Part shown: one piece after another, positions 59,716-64,000 of the stretch
Position numbering within the stretch: position 1 is the first letter of the stretch
Layout of the letters: each line of letters opens with the position of its first letter
NCBI GenBank assembly: GCA_963692865.2
Contig: OY843592.1
Location: 3,616,001 to 3,680,000 of the forward strand
Reading direction: 5' to 3'
Source: a bacterium
GTDB taxonomy: Bacteria > UBA8248
DNA: 64,000 bases
Made by a program: the position numbers and the translations under genes
The notes under the pieces: model-generated
Databases searched by the model: none
Told to the model about the DNA's origin: nothing
Seen by the model: only the letters and a program-made list of their open reading frames with translations

Positions 59716-60837
59716 CTACAAATCAAAATCCTCAGGCTTGACCGGCAGCGGAACCGCCCGCCCGGTTTTTGCCGAATGGTCCATCGCCAGGCACAGCATG
59801 AGGTTCTCGTGCGCCTCGCGCGCCGTGGTGTGCGGCGTGGGGACGCCCAGGTAAATTCTGTCGAACCACGAGCGCGTCTCCTCGCGCATGGGGCCCCAGA
59901 GCTGTTCGAACACAAGATCGCCCGGCGGGTAGCTGGTCAGGAAACTCACGTTGCGCTCCTGCTTCAGGCGCGCGGATTCGTGCGGCTCCGCCGTGGCGAA
60001 GACGATGTCGCGGTGCGTGTCGTCTATCGTGAGCACGCCCCCCGTGCCCACGATACCCAGTTCGAGCGAATAGACCTCCGCCGGCCAGACGCTCGGCAGC
60101 GCCCAGCTCACGTTCATGCTCCATATCGTCCCGTCCTCGTAGGTGACGATGGCGAAGGTGGAATCCTTCGTGAGGTAGGGCGCCATCGCCTTGTCCACCG
60201 AGCGCGCGTACACCTCGACGGGCCTGCGCCCCTCCAGGAGCCAGGAGCACAGATCGACGCTGTGCGTGCCGGAGATGACCATGGGGGTGAATTTCGTCGG
60301 GAATTCCGTCTTGGTGGAGTTCGCCACCGGGTTCATACGGTTCAGGAAGGCGCGGCCCGTGACGGATGAGACGTCGCCCAACTCGCCCGAGCGAATCTTC
60401 TCCTTCGCCACCAGAAAGCGGCGTCGGAACCGCTGCGTATAGCCCAGGACGGCGTCCGCGCCCGCCTCATCGACCGCGTGCGCGAGCCTCTCGGATACGC
60501 CTGCGTCCACCGCCAGGGGCTTTTCGATCAGCATCCGGTGGCCGCGCTCCACGCCGATGAGGATGGGTTCCAGCCGCTCGTTCGCATACGTGGCCAAAAC
60601 CGCGGCGTTCACCTCGTCTCGCTTCAGGAGTTCGCGGTAGTCGGTCGTGAAAAAATCGGCCTGAACGTCATCGGCGAGCTTTCGGCCCACTTTCTCGTCG
60701 ATGTCGCACAGCCCCAGCCACTCGACAGCCGCGTTTTGCCGCGCGAATTCCGCTCGGATGCGCCCGATCTTCCCGCATCCCACCACCGCGAGGCCTATAG
60801 GCTTTCTCGTCTCGTTCAATATGTTCATGAGTTTCAC
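59716..60837 (-). CDS. Gfo/Idh/MocA family oxidoreductase (paralog of 58164-59297)
   Basis: AVVGCGKIG, LIEKPLA, LGYTQRFRRR, VISGTHSVD. Confidence 0.9.
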   Translation of the reverse strand: MKLMNILNETRKPIGLAVVGCGKIGRIRAEFARQNAAVEWLGLCDIDEKVGRKLADDVQADFFTTDYRELLKRDEVNAAVLATYANERLEPILIGVERGHRMLIEKPLAVDAGVSERLAHAVDEAGADAVLGYTQRFRRRFLVAKEKIRSGELGDVSSVTGRAFLNRMNPVANSTKTEFPTKFTPMVISGTHSVDLCSWLLEGRRPVEVYARSVDKAMAPYLTKDSTFAIVTYEDGTIWSMNVSWALPSVWPAEVYSLELGIVGTGGVLTIDDTHRDIVFATAEPHESARLKQERNVSFLTSYPPGDLVFEQLWGPMREETRSWFDRIYLGVPTPHTTAREAHENLMLCLAMDHSAKTGRAVPLPVKPEDFDL

Positions 60838-60971
60838 CTTGAGCAGAGCGTCAATTCAAAACCGGCGCATCTTCCCACCCGGCCATTAGCGGCGCAAGCC
60901 GGGGTCCGGTTCAAGCCGGGACGTGATAGATAGTGACGCCGATGCCTCCGCCCGGTATCCGGTTTTTGGCC

Positions 60972-61111
60972 GTCATTCCGGCGAATGCCGGAATCCAGAG
61001 CGGATGAGACGGCCACGTTACGGCGTTCCATTCCCCACTCGTCGTCAGGAAACTGGAAGAAAAGCAAGAAAAAGACGAAAACCCTGGATTCCGGCATTCG
61101 CCGGAATGACG
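60972..61111. repeat. Inverted pair of GTCATTCCGGCGAATGCCGGAATCCAG repeats
   Basis: 60972-60998 and its reverse complement at 61084-61110; related copies at 27005, 27445 and 32964. Confidence 0.85.
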
Positions 61112-61135
61112 GCGGTGATCGATTCCGATCGACGA

Positions 61136-61330
61136 GGACCTGTTGAAAAACCCCCGCATGCGACCCCCGCAAACCGCCAACGCCTCTCCCCTCACCCTGA
61201 GTAGCCGCCAAAGGCGGCGTATCGAAGGGCGAGGGAGAGTCGAACGCTCGCGTCGGGGTGAGAGGAAATCCTTCGATACGCGGCTTCGCCGCTACTCAGG
61301 ATGAAGCAGAGAGGACTTTTTCAGCAACCC
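61136..61330. mobile_element. MITE-like element (same family as 19245-19435)
   Basis: Ends CCTGTTGAAAAA and TTTTTCAGCAACCC; internal CTCACCCTGAGTAG...CTACTCAGGATG palindrome; abuts the truncated toxin remnant. Confidence 0.6.
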
Positions 61331-61452
61331 GGTACGAGAGGCCGTAACTCCTGCAGCCGGTTCCGGCGAGCAACCATGATGATGACGGGAAGCGCCGACC
61401 TGGCGAGGTTCTGCTGGTATTCGAGGCCCTGATCGACAGTGAGGAAGGCGTC
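61321..61452 (-). pseudogene. Remnant of DUF5615 PIN-like toxin gene
   Basis: Startless frame DAFLTVDQGLEYQQNLARSALPVIIMVARRNRLQELRPLVP, matching the central part of DUF5615 toxins, directly after DUF433. Confidence 0.7.
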
Positions 61453-61455
61453 GGA

Positions 61456-61638
61456 TTAGCGTTTGAGCGCTTCGAGCGCCTGCTCACGCGACACCGTCGG
61501 GAAGTCTTCCAGAAAATCGTCGAGCCTGTCGCCCGCTTCGAGATGCTCCATCAGGGTGCGCACGGGAACCCTGGCGCCTGCGAATACGGGCGTCCCTCCG
61601 AGGATTTCCGGGTTTCTCTCGATAAGCATATCGGACAT
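61456..61638 (-). CDS. DUF433 family antitoxin (possibly slightly truncated)
   Basis: AAGGAG RBS; NPEILGGTPVFAGARVPV...LDDFLEDFPTVSREQA. Confidence 0.88.
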   Translation of the reverse strand: MSDMLIERNPEILGGTPVFAGARVPVRTLMEHLEAGDRLDDFLEDFPTVSREQALEALKR

Positions 61639-61850
61639 CTCTCACTCCTTGAGCGCGGCGCATCAGAGAGAATCAAATGGCGCTTGCGGATTCTATTGCT
61701 TACCAAACCTCCTCCCGGCACAACTGGCGCCAAAGAACGGCATCGCGGTGCAAGCCGGGGCTTCGAAGCCCGCCGCGGTTCCAAAATTCCGCGTTTCATC
61801 GGAGAATGGGCCGTTCCCCCGAAACCCGTAACCCCGAAAGGAGTGACCCC

Positions 61851-62495
61851 GTGTCCCGCGTACCCATGCTCGAATCAGGCGCCGACGACCCGGTCGTGAA
61901 CCACCTCTTCGACCACGCGAGCGTTCTGTTGAACCGGATCCCCAACGCCTGGCGCGTGATGGCGAACCAGCCCTACATCACGAAATTCATGCTGCCACTC
62001 ACCTCCTCGCTCCTGCGCCAGGGCCTTGGTTCGGCCCTCGACACCAGGACGAAAGAACTCGCCATCATCAACACCAGCCGTCTCAACGACTGCGCCTACT
62101 GACTGGCGCACAACACGCCGGTTGGTCAATCGGTCGGAATCTCGGAAGAAGATATCACCGCCATCGGCAAGGGCGACTACGGCCCCTTCACCGAAAAGGA
62201 GCGCGTCGTCCTGCTCTGGGCGGAGCACGTGACGCTCAACACGGCCAGGGAGCGGGACGACATATTCCAAGAGGTCAAGCGGCATTTCACCGACGCGGAG
62301 ATCGTGGAGCTCACCATGGTGATCACCTATTTCAACATGAGGAACAAGTTCAACGACGCGCTGGCGATTCCCATCGAGGCGCAAGAGGAGATCGACAGGA
62401 ACAAGATACGCCGGAAGAATCCAGATGACCTCAAGGCCTATCTCGAAGCCCTGCTCGCCGACTGGCCGGACGAATACCCCGAGGCGGGAAACTGA
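61851..62495 (+). CDS. Putative selenoprotein: AhpD/carboxymuconolactone decarboxylase family with C-A-Y-U motif, 214 aa
   Basis: AAGGAG RBS, GTG 61851; ...LDTRTKELAIINTSRLNDCAY-[TGA 62100-62102]-LAHNTPVGQSVGISEEDI...FTEKERVVLLWAEHVT...HFTDAEIVELT...FNMRNKFNDAL, in frame with ORF 62229-62495. Confidence 0.88.
62118..62133 (+). promoter_or_regulatory. Candidate bacterial SECIS hairpin for UGA at 62100
   Basis: CCGGTT-GGTC-AATCGG (6 bp including one G-U) with a GGUC loop, starting 15 nt after the TGA. Confidence 0.55.
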
Positions 62496-62575
62496 GCCAA
62501 ACATCGCTTATAGCGATAGAAACCTTTATCTGCTACAAAATGGAGAATTACACGGGCCAGTTCGAAGGACGGACC

Positions 62576-62791
62576 ATGAAACTTCATTATTATCCCGAAA
62601 CCGACAGCCTTTATATTGAGTTCAGAACCGAACCGGGAGCGGAGGCGCGTGAGGTTTCAGACGGGCTCAATGTGGATATCGCCGCCGATGGCGGGGTGGT
62701 CGGCTTCGACATCGACCATGCGTCGCGGCGTATCGACCTCTCTACGCTGGAGACCGAGGCGCTGCCCCTGCGCTCCTTAAAGGCCGTTTGA
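62576..62791 (+). CDS. DUF2283 domain-containing protein
   Basis: MKLHYYPETDSLYIEF...EVSDGLNVDIAADGGVVGFDIDHAS. Confidence 0.85.
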   Translation: MKLHYYPETDSLYIEFRTEPGAEAREVSDGLNVDIAADGGVVGFDIDHASRRIDLSTLETEALPLRSLKAV

Positions 62792-62880
62792 TCCATAACA
62801 CGCAAGTCGTAGACTCCGGAAACATTGATTCATGAAAAAACCCTCCTTGCCAGATGAGTTCCTCTAAGCGGGAAGCTGAT

Positions 62881-64000
62881 ATGGCGAAAACCCTCATCAA
62901 AAACGCAAGCATCGTCTCGATGGACCCCGAGGTCGGGGAGATCGAGGGTGGCGGCGTCCTGATCGAGGACGGGCTGATCGCCGAGGTGGGAGAAAACCTC
63001 TCTGCGCCGGACGCCGAAACCATCGACGCCGGCGGCATGATCCTCCTGCCCGGCCTCATCAACGCCCACATGCACACCTGGCAGACCGCGCTTCGGGGCC
63101 TGGGCGGCGACTGGGGCGGGCGCAGCTATTTCGAGATCGCGCACGAGACGCTCGCCCCGCGCTACCGGCCCGAGGACATATATATCGCGACCCTCGTGGG
63201 CGCGTGGGCGCAGATGGACGCAGGAACCACGACGCTGTTCGACTGGTGCCACAACAACCCCACGCCCGAGCACACCGACGCAGGGATAGACGCCCTGGAG
63301 GAATCCGGCATCCGCGCCCTTTTCGGGCACGGAACGCCCAAGCCGAAGCCCAGGGAGGGCGAGCCGCACTATTCGCAAATCCCGCATCCCGAAGGCGAGA
63401 TCAGGCGGCTGCGGACGGGCCGCCTGGCTTCCGATGAGGCCCGCGTCACCCTGGCGATGGCCATTCTGGGGGCCGACTACTCCCCTCTCGAAGTGGCGCT
63501 CCACGACATGCGCCTGGCGCGCGAATACGGGCTGTTGTCGAGCGCGCACATCTGGGGCGACGCGGGCAGGAAGGTGCAGGGCGGCTACCACACTCTGGCC
63601 AGAGAGGGCGTTCTCGGCCCCGACCACAACCTGGTGCACTGCAACTACGTGGACGATGAGGAGCTTAAAGTCATCATCGACTCGGGCGCATCCATCACGG
63701 CCACCCCATCGGCCGAGATGCAGACGAACCGGGGCGAGGCCGTCTGCGGGCGCGTGAGCGCGCTCGGCGGCAGGCCGTCCATCGGCGTGGACCTCGAAAC
63801 CTACGTAAGCGGGAACATGCTCCACGCGGTGCGGCACGCTTTGCAGGTCCAGCGCATTTTCGACAACCGCCGCCTGGACGAGAACACCTGCCGCGCGCCC
63901 GCTCTCTCCTTCTCGGCGCGCGACGCCCTCGCGTGGGCCACCATCAACAACGCGCACGCGCTGGACATGGCGGACAGAATCGGCTCGGTCACGCCCGGCA
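62881..64000 (+). CDS. Amidohydrolase family protein (SsnA/cytosine deaminase-like), runs off the window end
   Basis: Missing from the ORF track because it has no stop in the window: MAKTLIKNASIVSMD...DAGGMILLPGLINAHMHTWQ...GTTTLFDWCHN...SAHIW...NLVHCN...SIGVD...WATINNA. Confidence 0.9.
   Translation, partial: MAKTLIKNASIVSMDPEVGEIEGGGVLIEDGLIAEVGENLSAPDAETIDAGGMILLPGLINAHMHTWQTALRGLGGDWGGRSYFEIAHETLAPRYRPEDIYIATLVGAWAQMDAGTTTLFDWCHNNPTPEHTDAGIDALEESGIRALFGHGTPKPKPREGEPHYSQIPHPEGEIRRLRTGRLASDEARVTLAMAILGADYSPLEVALHDMRLAREYGLLSSAHIWGDAGRKVQGGYHTLAREGVLGPDHNLVHCNYVDDEELKVIIDSGASITATPSAEMQTNRGEAVCGRVSALGGRPSIGVDLETYVSGNMLHAVRHALQVQRIFDNRRLDENTCRAPALSFSARDALAWATINNAHALDMADRIGSVTPG

Noticed and set aside
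5875-62102. Genome-wide reassignment of UGA to Trp or Gly (genetic code 4/25) as the explanation for the in-frame TGAs
   Set aside because: Many genes end at TGA exactly at their expected C-termini (aceF, livM, livF, mrpC, mrpE, mrpF), TGG is used for Trp, and both internal TGAs align to Cys positions.

Overview
GC-rich bacterial chromosomal window, densely coding and dominated by metabolism and transport. It holds the end of a pyruvate dehydrogenase operon (aceE-aceF), two tandem liv-type ABC operons, a complete mrpABCDEFG Na+/H+ antiporter, an Fe3+-type ABC system, a TRAP-TAXI pair, many catabolic enzymes (M20 hydrolases, acyl-CoA dehydrogenase, CoA ligase, LLM oxidoreductase, four VOC proteins, two Gfo/Idh/MocA paralogs), a type IIG restriction-modification gene followed by two AT-rich orphan genes, a secreted Sel1-ankyrin protein and toxin-antitoxin remnants. 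The main hidden signal is two genes that the ORF track breaks at in-frame TGA codons lying in redox motifs, which read best as selenoproteins: a glutaredoxin-like (UxxC) domain fused to a DinB/YfiT-type domain (5842-6594) and an AhpD/CMD-family protein (CxxU; 61851-62495). Each TGA is followed, after the same 15-nt spacer, by a SECIS-like hairpin. Intergenic DNA is crowded with several palindromic repeat families and a roughly 200-bp MITE-like element, one copy of which has perfect 17-bp terminal inverted repeats and a 5-bp target duplication inside another repeat. No rRNA, tRNA or CRISPR array was recognised. All family assignments come from motif recognition by eye, not database searches.
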